DNA of 63,993 nucleotides, the filler included, from Diploschistes diacapsis (Eukaryota): NCBI GenBank assembly GCA_023645945.1. It is 8 parts of 8 records of this genome, joined end to end, with 100 filler letters (N's around TTAATTAATTAA, not from the genome) between each part and the next. Parts side by side here need not be neighbours in the genome. Positions count along the whole stretch, not along the records: positions 8,182 to 16,252 come from JALAIB010001202.1; positions 16,353 to 24,418 come from JALAIB010001203.1; 6 more parts are not named here. One strand, 5' to 3'. Positions 12,368 to 22,534 of the stretch are shown one piece after another; position 1 is the first letter of the stretch, and the number at the start of each line of letters is the position of its first letter. The translations under genes were made by a program, and so were the position numbers. A model generated the notes under the pieces. The model did no database searches and was not told where the DNA came from. It saw only the letters and a program-made list of their open reading frames with translations.

Positions 12368-14108
12368 TTATGGCAGGAATAGAAGTAGAGTTGGGAGATT
12401 TTGAGTCTCCGCATCATGTGGCTTCAATAACTGAAATGGGTCAAAATTTGAGCCCTGAAGGTGCGGTCTAAAGTATGGTTTGCTTAATCTGGTTATTCCA
12501 ACCATTACGGCATTATAGGTAACATACTGTATATTTGGATTCTGAGGCGCTGTCTGCTGGTTACCGCAGTTTCTGCAGCGAAGTTTTTTGACGACATAAA
12601 TACCGGTTGTTCTGTGCCACCTTAGGTCGTACATAGTCTCTATTAAGCTCTCTGCATGTTTTGCAAAAGACTTCAATGTGAGGCGGCATACGAGGATTCC
12701 TAACGATCTGTTGAGAAATTCGTGTATCATTTGATATTTTGGGACCTGAGTTTGGATCAGTACCAGAACGCGAGGAAATGGAGCTATAGGTCTATTGCTA
12801 ACCTGTCTTGCTCCCTGGTATGGGTTGGGTTAGTACTTCTACTAGTGGCGTTCCTTGCTCCTGGGGATGTGTTGTAGGATTCTCTCTAAATGCGCTAGCA
12901 TTTGTCACTTCAGAATTACAAGATGTCCTTGGCTCCTGTGAACATAAAAGTTGCCTAACTGGCGGTGGCTGATCGCTGAGCAGAAAAGAATTATTATCAC
13001 CTTTCGATAGGATCCTCTTCGCTGCTCTCCTTGCATTCCAAGAACCCGGCCGGTATAAGATTCCAGTTCCTCCTGGCGCCTGCATTAAAGAGGGATCTAG
13101 ACCTTTAGCAGCCATAACTGATGTGAGAGCATTTCGAGCTAGTGTTTGCTGGCGTGGGTAATGACTAAGCTTCGGAAATCGATTGATGAAAGACCAATGC
13201 AACTCTTGATAGAATCCATCCTTGTACGTTAGTCCGGCGAGTTGATGAGCAATAACCATTAGACGGTTCTGCCGACTCGCATACTTTTGTCCCCAAGGAA
13301 AAAAAAAGACCTGTGGATGCATAGCAAATATCACAAAGCGGATGAATTTGCCATGGACTCCTAGGTTATCTGATGCCCATTCTAGATATATTGAAATATC
13401 GCTGTGATTATCCCATAAGCAAAGCCGCTCAAGGTTGCATATTTTCAGCATTCTTTGCTGAATAGCTCTGTCTAAAGGATCTCAACTTTTGCTTCCATAT
13501 TCTTTCGTATCTTAAACAACCAGTCTTCGTGGCAGGCCAATATATTTACCGGATAGTCAACCAAGCCATCTGTAATTTCACGTCGCGCGAGATGGTCGAA
13601 GATCAATGTTTTTCCGTTGACAAACGTGTTGGCCATGATTAACGCGATACAAGGAGTTGTCGGATCAGCAGTCTCCCCATGATATGGATACTGAGTGACG
13701 AAGCTAGGATTGTGTAAATGATGTGCAATTGGCCAATTAAAGTCTCCGGATGGGGGAACAAGCTCATCTTTCGCCGCGGTGGGCTCTAGAGATGGGATTC
13801 CATCTTCTGAAATCGAGCAAATTTTTGCAATTGAATGCAGCTTGTTTTGATTTGGATTGCCTTGAATCGGCATAGGAAAGGCTAGATCCGTAATAAATTG
13901 GAAATTCACCTTGATCTAAGGTAAGTCAAGCCTCTAAATCACGAAAGTGTGATTCAAGTTCTCTCAGCCGTGCAAGGGAATTCTCGCTTAGGCAGTCCTT
14001 GGGCTCATCTAACCAAAGATTGCCAAAAAGTCGGTACTTGGCGCCAGACAACTGAGTACCATCGATAGCTTCATTGGTTTCTACTGTTTGTGGGACAGAC
14101 TGGACCAT
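12368..14108 (-). pseudogene. Fragmented accessory gene, possibly a UDG-like fold with a C-terminal Zn ribbon
   Basis: Four colinear minus-strand ORFs separated by stops or frameshifts; motifs HLHNP, IFDHLARRE, MEAKVEIL, FVIFAMHPQ, CRNCG. Confidence 0.45.
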
Positions 14109-14701
14109 GTTATATATGGTGGCTCTTGCTCAAAGCGATAGACTCGCTGAACCGGGAGGGGGGGTCGTGTTATTCTGAGAAGAGAATATAAGACTAAATG
14201 TAGGTAAGTGTTGGAGCAAGCACGAGATGTAAGATGCCTTGTGGGTAGAAGATATAGGGCTGGCAGGCCGTCAGGCTAGGCCCGATAGGCCGCCATGCCA
14301 GACACTCCCAATGGGGGGATGATGCATTCCAACAGTAAGCGTCAAGAGGAAAGCTTCCTGGGTGAGAAAACGGCTTGCTTATAGATTAGTCAGAACACGG
14401 ATCAAAAAAGGGGGTTACCTACAATAAGAAATAATTCAATTTGAAGGTCTATCTGGATGGGATAAGAATTCGATTATACTATGTTCTGCCGCTTTACTAG
14501 AACCAACCTCTTTAGTATTGTAAACACTAGACTGCATTGGTTGGTTCTCGGCTAACACAAACAAGTATAGAGAGTATCCGTTAGAGAAAGAATTGAAAAC
14601 TCGATAAAAAAGAGCGCGGATCGAACATCAGCGTTCTAAAGAAAGAACCAATAACAGTTTTTAGTATTTATATCTTGATTAAGTAATATAGATCAAATAT
14701 T

Positions 14702-14839
14702 GGTCGGTTAGCTCAGTTGGTTAGAGCGTGGTAAGAACTATTGCGAATGCTAGTTTCGCCTCTGACACTAACTCATCCAGGTGCTAATACTTCCTGTTAT
14801 GTTACGCCAAGGTCATGGGTTCGACCCCCATACTGACCA
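14702..14839 (+). tRNA. tRNA-Ile (anticodon AAT at 14786-14788) with two interruptions: 50-nt GT-AG insert 14731-14780 (positions 28/29) and canonical 14-nt intron 14790-14803 (37/38)
   Basis: After removing both inserts: acceptor GGTCGGT/ACTGACC, D arm GCTC-AGTTGGTTA-GAGC, anticodon arm TGGTG-CTAATAA-CGCCA, variable loop AGGTC, T arm ATGGG-TTCGACC-CCCAT, discriminator A; intact A and B boxes. Confidence 0.93.
14731..14780 (+). other. Candidate spliceosomal (U2-type) intron within the tRNA-Ile anticodon stem
   Basis: 5' site G|GTAAGA, branch site ACTAAC at 14767-14772 (also CTGAC at 14762-14766), 3' site CCAG|GT; precise removal restores the 5-bp anticodon stem. Confidence 0.8.
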
Positions 14840-14846
14840 TATAATA

Positions 14847-14854
14847 TTTTTTTT
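14847..14854 (+). terminator. RNA polymerase III oligo-T terminator
   Basis: T8 run starting 8 nt after the tRNA discriminator base. Confidence 0.8.
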
Positions 14855-16895
14855 GGAATCTAATGCTTTTGCAAATCGTAGGAATAGATAATGGCCGACT
14901 ATCGGCTAAGGATAATATATAGTACTCACTTAAAGTCATGTATCCCAAATACAGAAGAAATAAATTAGTTTTGCTAGTCAGTTGAAGGAGAATATGTTAT
15001 GAACGCATATTGCTAAAATTGCAACAGTTCTGCAACGGATGTTTCTACTCGGCGGAGAATTTGACAACTTCTATCCAAATAATTGTTCTCCATGAAAACA
15101 TTAGCCCCTGGCATTTAAATTGCCTTAGCTTAACATATAAGATAGCCACTGCACTCCGGCAATGTCTCGTTCGCAACAGAGAATAGACCGACATACACAA
15201 GACGAATTCGCGTACGTTGGTATAGAGTGAGTATATTATCTGCCTTCTTTATCAGTAAGCGATATGCACAGCAAACCAGTGTTACATTATCTCGTCTCGC
15301 TGCCTTTTGATTGTATTTTTCACATTCTCGAGATAGTTTGAATGTGAACAGGAGTTTTGCCAGATCGAGTGTATTAAGTCTAATCTAATGCGCCAGTTCC
15401 GTTTTGAAATATAATTCCACCGTAGTATCTTCGCTTCTCATTGGAATTTGGGTTCTCCGCTCCAAAGGTGTGATATTCGTACCTCTAGGGACGGCTTGTC
15501 TATCTAGAATCTTGTGTCTATTATAATGATAATTGGAAGCGATCTACCTCTACAGACAATGAAGAAACTGCAACTTCGAAATTTGGAGATATTACAAACT
15601 TGATAGAACGCCCCTACAGGAATAGGTGCTACATTACCGGGGGCTGAGCCTGATCCGGAAGGATTACGTGTAACTGGGCATCATCTGTAGGCTGAATGGT
15701 TCAGATTCGAAAAGGTGCAGAACTAACTAGGTGGGAAGTAGCGAGGTATAAATACTTCCCTAGGTCAGCTCTACAAACCTTTGAACCCACAAACGTTCAG
15801 AATGTTCCAATATGCGAGTAATAAAAAGATATAATAAATAAATGAATCTTGTTCTTCATATAATAAATAATAAAATAAATAAATCAGTCTTGTTCTTTAC
15901 ATAATAAATAATAAAATCGGATTGAATATAGTTTTTATAACCGTCCGCGATTAATAAACGTTAACGACCCGTTGTAACAGCGAGGGTTAGTGCCTAATAG
16001 GTAGCAACTATCCTACTGAGCCAAAAGATTGAATATAATGCTTTTAAGAACCCCGAAGCACTGTTTCCCTATTATAACGTGTTTCACGGGGATTCCGGCC
16101 ACCCCCAGTGTAATACGCAGAACCCAATAAGGGCTACTAGGGGGTATGCCAAGCATATACCAAGGCCCGCTAGCGTGTTCTTATATAAGAACAGAGTTTT
16201 CGCAGATAGAAATAGTTTTTTAGAAATTATTTTATTAATATATCTATCGTTTNNNNNNNNNNNNNNNNNNNNNNNNNNNNNNNNNNNNNNNNNNNNTTAA
16301 TTAATTAANNNNNNNNNNNNNNNNNNNNNNNNNNNNNNNNNNNNNNNNNNNNGTGGAGGGCTTGGAGAGGGTCGAGCGATGGAGGTAGGGAGGGGAAGGG
16401 GAGGAAGGATGTTTGAGATTGGAGGAGCGTGGGAGCGAGGGACATGAGTGCATTTGTCGAGATTATATGTACAGGGCGGATTGGGGATTAAAGCGGAGGG
16501 AGAGCGCTGTCAATGGGGGCATCTTTACTTCGTGGTTTTAGATACATGGCGAGGCCGTGCCTCGGCGTCGCTACTTGGTATAGCCAATCGAGAAGTATTT
16601 ACGTAGAACAGAGCACTTGTCTCTTGCAGAGAAAACATAGCGCGAAGGGACAGTAAGCGCCACAGGTTGAAGAAACCCCTGATCCATCGTGATCAAGCTT
16701 GCAATGTAAGCCACGGTTTGCAATGCCAGCGTAAGGAGCCCTTATCCACAGAAGCCTGCCTGCGTGAACGGCGCTGCAGCTCAAGAAAAAGCCAAGGGCT
16801 GGAAGCTGGCCTAAGTATGCTTGGGTATGAGCCCGGGATATCTTCGCAGAATCAAGACAAGGAAAGCTAGTGAATCGCGCCGTGTGAAAATGAAG

Positions 16896-19800
16896 CTACT
16901 GAGTGCCATTTGGTAAGTTTTCGTCAGAATAACGATTGGGATCCGCCTGGTCAAGGGGATAATTGTAAGCGTGGCCTGCGGTGGAGCTCTGGAAGGGGAC
17001 GGTAGTGGGTAGCGGATCAAGATCGTCATCTCCATAGTCATGAAGTTGCATCGGAAAGCGCCGTATGAAAATGCCTGAGAGGTGGGAATAGCGTGGTATG
17101 ATGTCAAGGACGTCGGAAAGGCGGATCCAGAAGACGTGCTTTAGGTCATTGAACTTGGCCTGTGCTATCTTCATTGCTGCCAGTTCGTCGTTGAGTCGAT
17201 AATCAAGAGGATGACAGTCGTAACGGGTGAGCTGGATTCGAACGACTCTCCAGAGATCGAAGCGCTGAGTATCTGTGAGCTCACGCTTGGGCCAGGCAGT
17301 ATCTACAGAACTTGTCAGTATGATCGATATGCATAATGTATATGAGCATACATTGCGAAAGAGTCAGGTCGATCAAGCCCAACAGTGGAGCAACCTGAAT
17401 ATTTGTAACCCATTGCTCTTCCCGCAAATGTTCGGCGCAGCTTGGATCCAACTTAGACCCTTTCACGAACATCAAAGGAAGCCACCATTGGACTTCTTCG
17501 GGGTCTCTGGGTTTAGCACCCAAACCCGCCGCCCAGCGTAAACCATTTGGAAGCCTATCCCTGCGTTGACGTTCCTCTTCCTGTTGCTTACGAAGCCTTT
17601 GGCGTTCCTGATCCTCTTCACGCTTCTTTTCGAGTCTCGCAGCTTCTTCTTGTTCCTCACGCTTCCGCTTCAAGCGAGCTGCTTCCTCTGCCTCAGCTTG
17701 CTTCTGCCTTCGACGTGCTTCTTCCTCAGCCTCAGCCTGCTTCTGTCTCTGACGCGCCGCTTCCTCCTCCGCCTCTTTTTCGCGCTGCAAGCGGGCCGCC
17801 TCCTCCTCTTCTCGCTTCTTTCGGAGGAGAACTGCCTCGGCTTCGGCCTCTTGCTGCTCCTTGAGACGTAAAGCGTCCTCCGCGTCTTTTTTCTGCTTAA
17901 GGAGGGCCATCTCCCTTTCTTGCCGCTTCGAAAGCTCTGCAGCTTCTTCTTCCTGACGTCTAACCTGGACTTCATGCTCCAGCCTTTTCTTTATCGCACT
18001 TTGAGCAGCCAGCTGGTCTTCGGTGATATGTGCGCTCACCGAAGCATTGTCAAAGTCGTCCTTAGCAGCAACAGGCGCTATGATAGAGCCAGGCTCGTCG
18101 CCAACACCTCTTTTGTTGCCGTTCTGTTGTACGTCGGGCGCCAGTTCTAGCGGCTGTTCCATTTCGTGGTCTTGGGTTTGCGCTTCTTTTGCGGGCTTCG
18201 GCGTAGACTTGTCGGTACCTGACGATTTGCCTTTGGCGGCAGGCAGCGGAGAGGATGTTGAATCACGAATAGTGGGGGAAATCTTTATATCTTTGATAGA
18301 GGAAATAGAACCTCCCATGAAAGCGACAGGGGCAGAGCCCGACGACGATGGAACAGTAGCCATGTTTGCTATACGTGCAGGTCCTAATTGTGCCGAAGTC
18401 CTTGGGCTTTTATCTTGTACACTGCTATCAGAATTAACCCGAGGGCGTTTTGGCTTGTTCGACTCGGATTGCTTTTCGAACTGTTTCGACGAGCTCAAAA
18501 CTCGTCCATTGGGGGGAGTGTCACTGCGCCGTGCACGCTTCTTGGCAGTCGCGAATTCACTTTTTGATTCAATATTTTCCTCACGCTTTGCCTTTGTAGA
18601 TGCTAGTTCCTTAGTAGAGCTAGAACGCGCCTGTTCCTGGGTCGAAGATGTAGAACCCATCGAGATCAAGCTATTTCTCCGCTGCTTCTTTTCCTGGTCG
18701 TTCTTCATGTCTTTTCCCGATACCAGCCTTTTCCTCGGCTTAAGTACGTCCTTTTCTGCATCGCTCAAGGATCGCCTTTTCTCGCCATTAGCAAGTCTAA
18801 GAGGGGAAGCTTCACGATCTGAGACCGCAGTTGAACCTTCACGGCTGTCATGCCTAGGAACTTTCAAGTGTCGTTTGCTGCTATCTTGAACCTTGTCCAA
18901 GCTGTCTCTGTCTCTATCGCGTTCTCTGCGTACATGGCCGTTCTTGCTCTCCGCGCTGGCCCTTTTGCGAATCCAGGAATCCTTAGCTGTCAAAGTGGGG
19001 CTGGATGACTTCTGCGACGCACGCAGCGGCGAGGTGGACGATTTCTGGCGCAAGGCTTTCTTCGCTTCACGGCTTTGAGGAGACTTGTGAACTGCGTTTG
19101 GCGATTTACCTCTAGTACGGTCTTTATGCTTATCGTATGCAGACTTGAGTAACCGGTACTCTTCTTCCCATCCTACGCCGCGTCTTTCTTTAGCGAGCTC
19201 ATAGTACGTGAGTTTCTTGTGGATTCGACGAGTGGGATCAAAGCTCGGTTGGTCCAGCAATAGTTTAAGAACACCAATATTATTGCGCCCGATGGCAACG
19301 AGCATAGGAGTATTGAGGCCATCCTTAAATTTGCGAAGTGGATCAGGGTCTGGATTGGCTTTGCCCATCGCGAACAAGAATGATAGACACAGCTCATGCC
19401 CACCCTTTGCTGCAGCTAGAAGCGCCTCGGGATCCCCCATCGGCTTCATTTCCAGGATGTGAAGAACGGCTTCGCCATCGCCCTTGCCTGCTTTCTCTCT
19501 GAGCATCTCAGGTGTAGGGTTCAACCAAAGTAGATCGTTTCGAGATGGTTCGCTCCGAGCTGGCCTGCGTCTTGAGGTAGGAGGCGGTGGGCTCCTAGTA
19601 CCATGAAGCGAAGGTGATGCCCGAGGGCTTCTCCCGGATAAGCTTTCCTTCGCCGTGTTGGGCGGCCTTACATCTTCGGAATGACGACGGCGGTCGAAAC
19701 GCTCGCGTGCTTTCTCAAGAACAGCTTTGATGTCTTTCGCATTGTCACCCTCTGGATCCACCAAGTCTATCGGTTCTTCACCTTTGGCATTGACCTGTCT

Positions 19801-20976
19801 TGGATTGACGCCCGCCTTCACCAGCAATTTGACAACGTTGAGGTGGCCGTTCTCGACAGCGTCGATTAAAGGCGTATCTCTGTCCAGGTTCATACAATCT
19901 GCTTTACAGCCATGCTCAAGTAGCACTCTCACAATCTCCGCATTCCCCTCCAGAGCCGCGATTTGCAAGGGAGTGTTTCCGGCGTTGTCTTCGTCGTCGA
20001 TATCCTCTGGGCGGTCTTTCAGTCTTGCGACAACAGACTCGACATCTTCCACCGCACAAGCACGAGCAAGCAAAGTTCTGCCGTTTTTATCTCGCAGCTT
20101 CCTGTGAGGTTTCGGCATACTTGTATCCTCAAAAACAGTAGATCGTTTGGGATGCGCAGAAGCTTGGGGAGATCCGCTATCGTTCGACCTGGTGTCTTCA
20201 GAACCCCTTCTTTTGGTGCCAACAGCAAGAGGTGGTGGTTTTCTTCGCTTGTGTGTGCTGCTAGGGTTCGAGGACTGCGTTGACAGCGCTCTGGGCCTCT
20301 GGCGGGCAGGGGACTCCGAACGAGGGTTGCTCACCTTGCGCGGCTCGGTCGTGGAACGCTCTTCTGACCGTCTTTCTCGTTTAACGCGCCTCCTATGTAG
20401 TCTCTCATCCGCCTCATCTCCCGAAATCTTGCGCTTTCTCGGCACGGAAGCGCGAGAGTGGGTGTCGCTATCAACGGAGAGCTTTGACTTGGACTGTGCG
20501 GACTCGGAGTTGGCGCGACTAGCAGGTCTTTCTTCCTGGCCCCGACCAGGCGAAGATCGGGTCGAGCTCAGATTACTCGAATTATTCGTTTCGGTCAATG
20601 CCCCAGGTTTTTTGTGCTTTTCTTGACCGCTGTGATTACGGTCCTTGGAGACTTGCAATGAATCGCCATTCGTATATTTCAACCCAGATTTCGCACGCAC
20701 ACCGTTCTCATGCTTTATCGCCCTCTTAGGGACACCGCTATCCAATCCTTCCTCTTTACCAGGCATTACAACAGTTTCCGCCTCACTATCGCTCCTCCCA
20801 TCCTCGTTCGCATTGTCGGCATGACGACTCACCTTATCTTTAGTGTTCTCAGTATCAGCCTTTGCTTGCTGGCCCGTCTGCACTGTGCACTCGCCACCCG
20901 TAGCAGTACCCTCATGCTGGATTCCATTCTGATATATCGCTGAAGGCCCGGAGTCTTCACTAGAATCATTGTTCAT
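16896..20976 (-). CDS. HOS4: Ankyrin-repeat protein, Hos4-like (Set3 histone deacetylase complex subunit); intron 17351-17303
   Basis: >1200-aa ORF with ankyrin repeats (DKNGRTLLARAC, DNAGNTPLQIAALEG, DRDTPLIDAVENGH), long S/R/K low-complexity regions and an E/K/R/Q coiled coil; GTATGC...CTGAC...TAG intron joins the last exon ending LPNGTQ*; in-frame stop at 21031 favours ATG 20976. Confidence 0.7.
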
Positions 20977-21571
20977 GACGATCGCATCTGGCTCGATGAC
21001 CACTTTAACTTCATCCTGGGCCGTTGTGGATTAGGCTGCAAGCTGAGGCGGTGGAGAGTAGCGACCGTGGAGTTTTAGCTTCCACAGACACTAATCATAC
21101 AGCGAAACGGATGCGATATGGGATGAAAAGTTGAATCGGATGCAGCATATAAAGATGACGACTATCGCTACAAGTCGGTCTGCGCTGCCGAGGATGTGGT
21201 GGGATCGGTGGTGTTAATCTGGTAAGAGGCAATTAATAATAGAAAGTCGTGAGGGAAAGCGGGAAGAAGAGTAAGAGTAGATGCAAAGTGCAAATCACGT
21301 GCGCCAGCCCTAAGGTACATTATTATTGCAGTAGAGGAGGATTCTTTTCTGCGCCACTGGGGCACTCCTTTTCGATCAGGGAACGGTTGAGATACGAAAA
21401 AACTGCACCAGCCAATCAGCATGGATAAAACTGCCAAGACTCTTACTTGTCACCTTTTAGGACTAGCGGAAGCGACGCGATCTATTGACATGCACTTTTA
21501 CTTTCTTCACTTTCCATAATCTGACATCTTTCAACAGCCCACGGCCACCCAGTGCTCGATCCGACCTCAGA

Positions 21572-22534
21572 ATGGACCCTGTCCAAATAGTCAGAGCTTT
21601 CTTCTTTGGCGGTGCCGGCATAGTAATTCATCTGAAGTTGCCTCGCTTAATGGTCTGGCTAAGGTACGTATAGGGTGTGCTACTTGACGCAGTACCTTGG
21701 CTGCGGAATCGGTATGTCGCATATGGATCACGGACGCCTACACGCAAGCCAGAATATGCACCGAGTCAATCGCTCCTCACCTTGATCAGGGATCTGCCAG
21801 CCTATCCCGTTCCACATCGATGGTTCCTGCACTACTATGTTGTATCCGTGTCAATGTCAGTCTTTTGGGGCTTACAGATACTCACGCGCGGCTCGGTTCT
21901 ATTGTGGCTAGCAAAGCATGCATCGGGACACTTGTCGGACTCCATGCCCTTGAGCAGGGTGTATCTGCTATGGGCTCTTATGACCATACAGGGCTCTCGG
22001 CGACTCTATGAATCGGTCCTCTATGTGAAGCCTTCGAAATCAACCATGCCGCTCTCCATCTACCTGATAGGCATAGGTTACTACCTGATGGCCAGCGTGG
22101 GAGTTTGGATCGAAGGCTCCGCGGCACTCTTGGCTTCCAGACCCGTATCATTCGACACGATGATGTTCAGATTTGCCTATTGGACTCCTTCTATACGAAC
22201 CGCCTTATGTGTTCCTTTCTTCATACTTGCGTCGGGAGTGCAAAGGGACTGCCACGCCTACCTTGCCTCGCTGCCAAAGTACACTCTGCCCGATCATCCG
22301 ATATTCCATAGTATCGTCTGCCCTCATTATACCATGGAGTGCATCATCTATCTCTCACTGGCCTTCCTGGGTGCTCCAAAGGGCCAGATAGCCAACAAGA
22401 CCATACTTTCGATCTTGACGTTCGCGGTGGTGAACTTGGGCTTAATTGCAAAGCAGACCAAAAACTGGTCCATAGAGAAGTTTGGCAAGGAAAAGGTGGA
22501 AAATAGGTGGAGGATGATACCAGGTGTGTGGTAG
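21572..22534 (+). CDS. DFG10: Polyprenol/polyprenal reductase (steroid 5-alpha-reductase family); intron 21623-21673
   Basis: VPHRWFLHYY, QGSRRLYES, HAYLASLPKYTLP, IVCPHYTMECIIY, RWRMIPGVW; multi-pass hydrophobic. Confidence 0.85.

Noticed and set aside
14607..14630. Minus-strand B-box-like GTTCGATCC followed by a T run just upstream of the tRNA
   Set aside because: No cloverleaf around it; may be chance or an isolated TFIIIC site and cannot be supported.
14731..14780. Reading the tRNA insert as an archaeal/Cyanidioschyzon-type ectopic BHB intron or a transposon
   Set aside because: No bulge-helix-bulge or terminal inverted repeats are evident by eye, and only a 3-nt GGT repeat flanks it, whereas all three spliceosomal signals are present. 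A folding analysis would be needed to exclude BHB formally.
20977..21003. GTG start given by the ORF track for the ankyrin protein
   Set aside because: Eukaryotic gene; the first in-frame ATG after the stop at 21031 is at 20976, though an upstream exon cannot be excluded.
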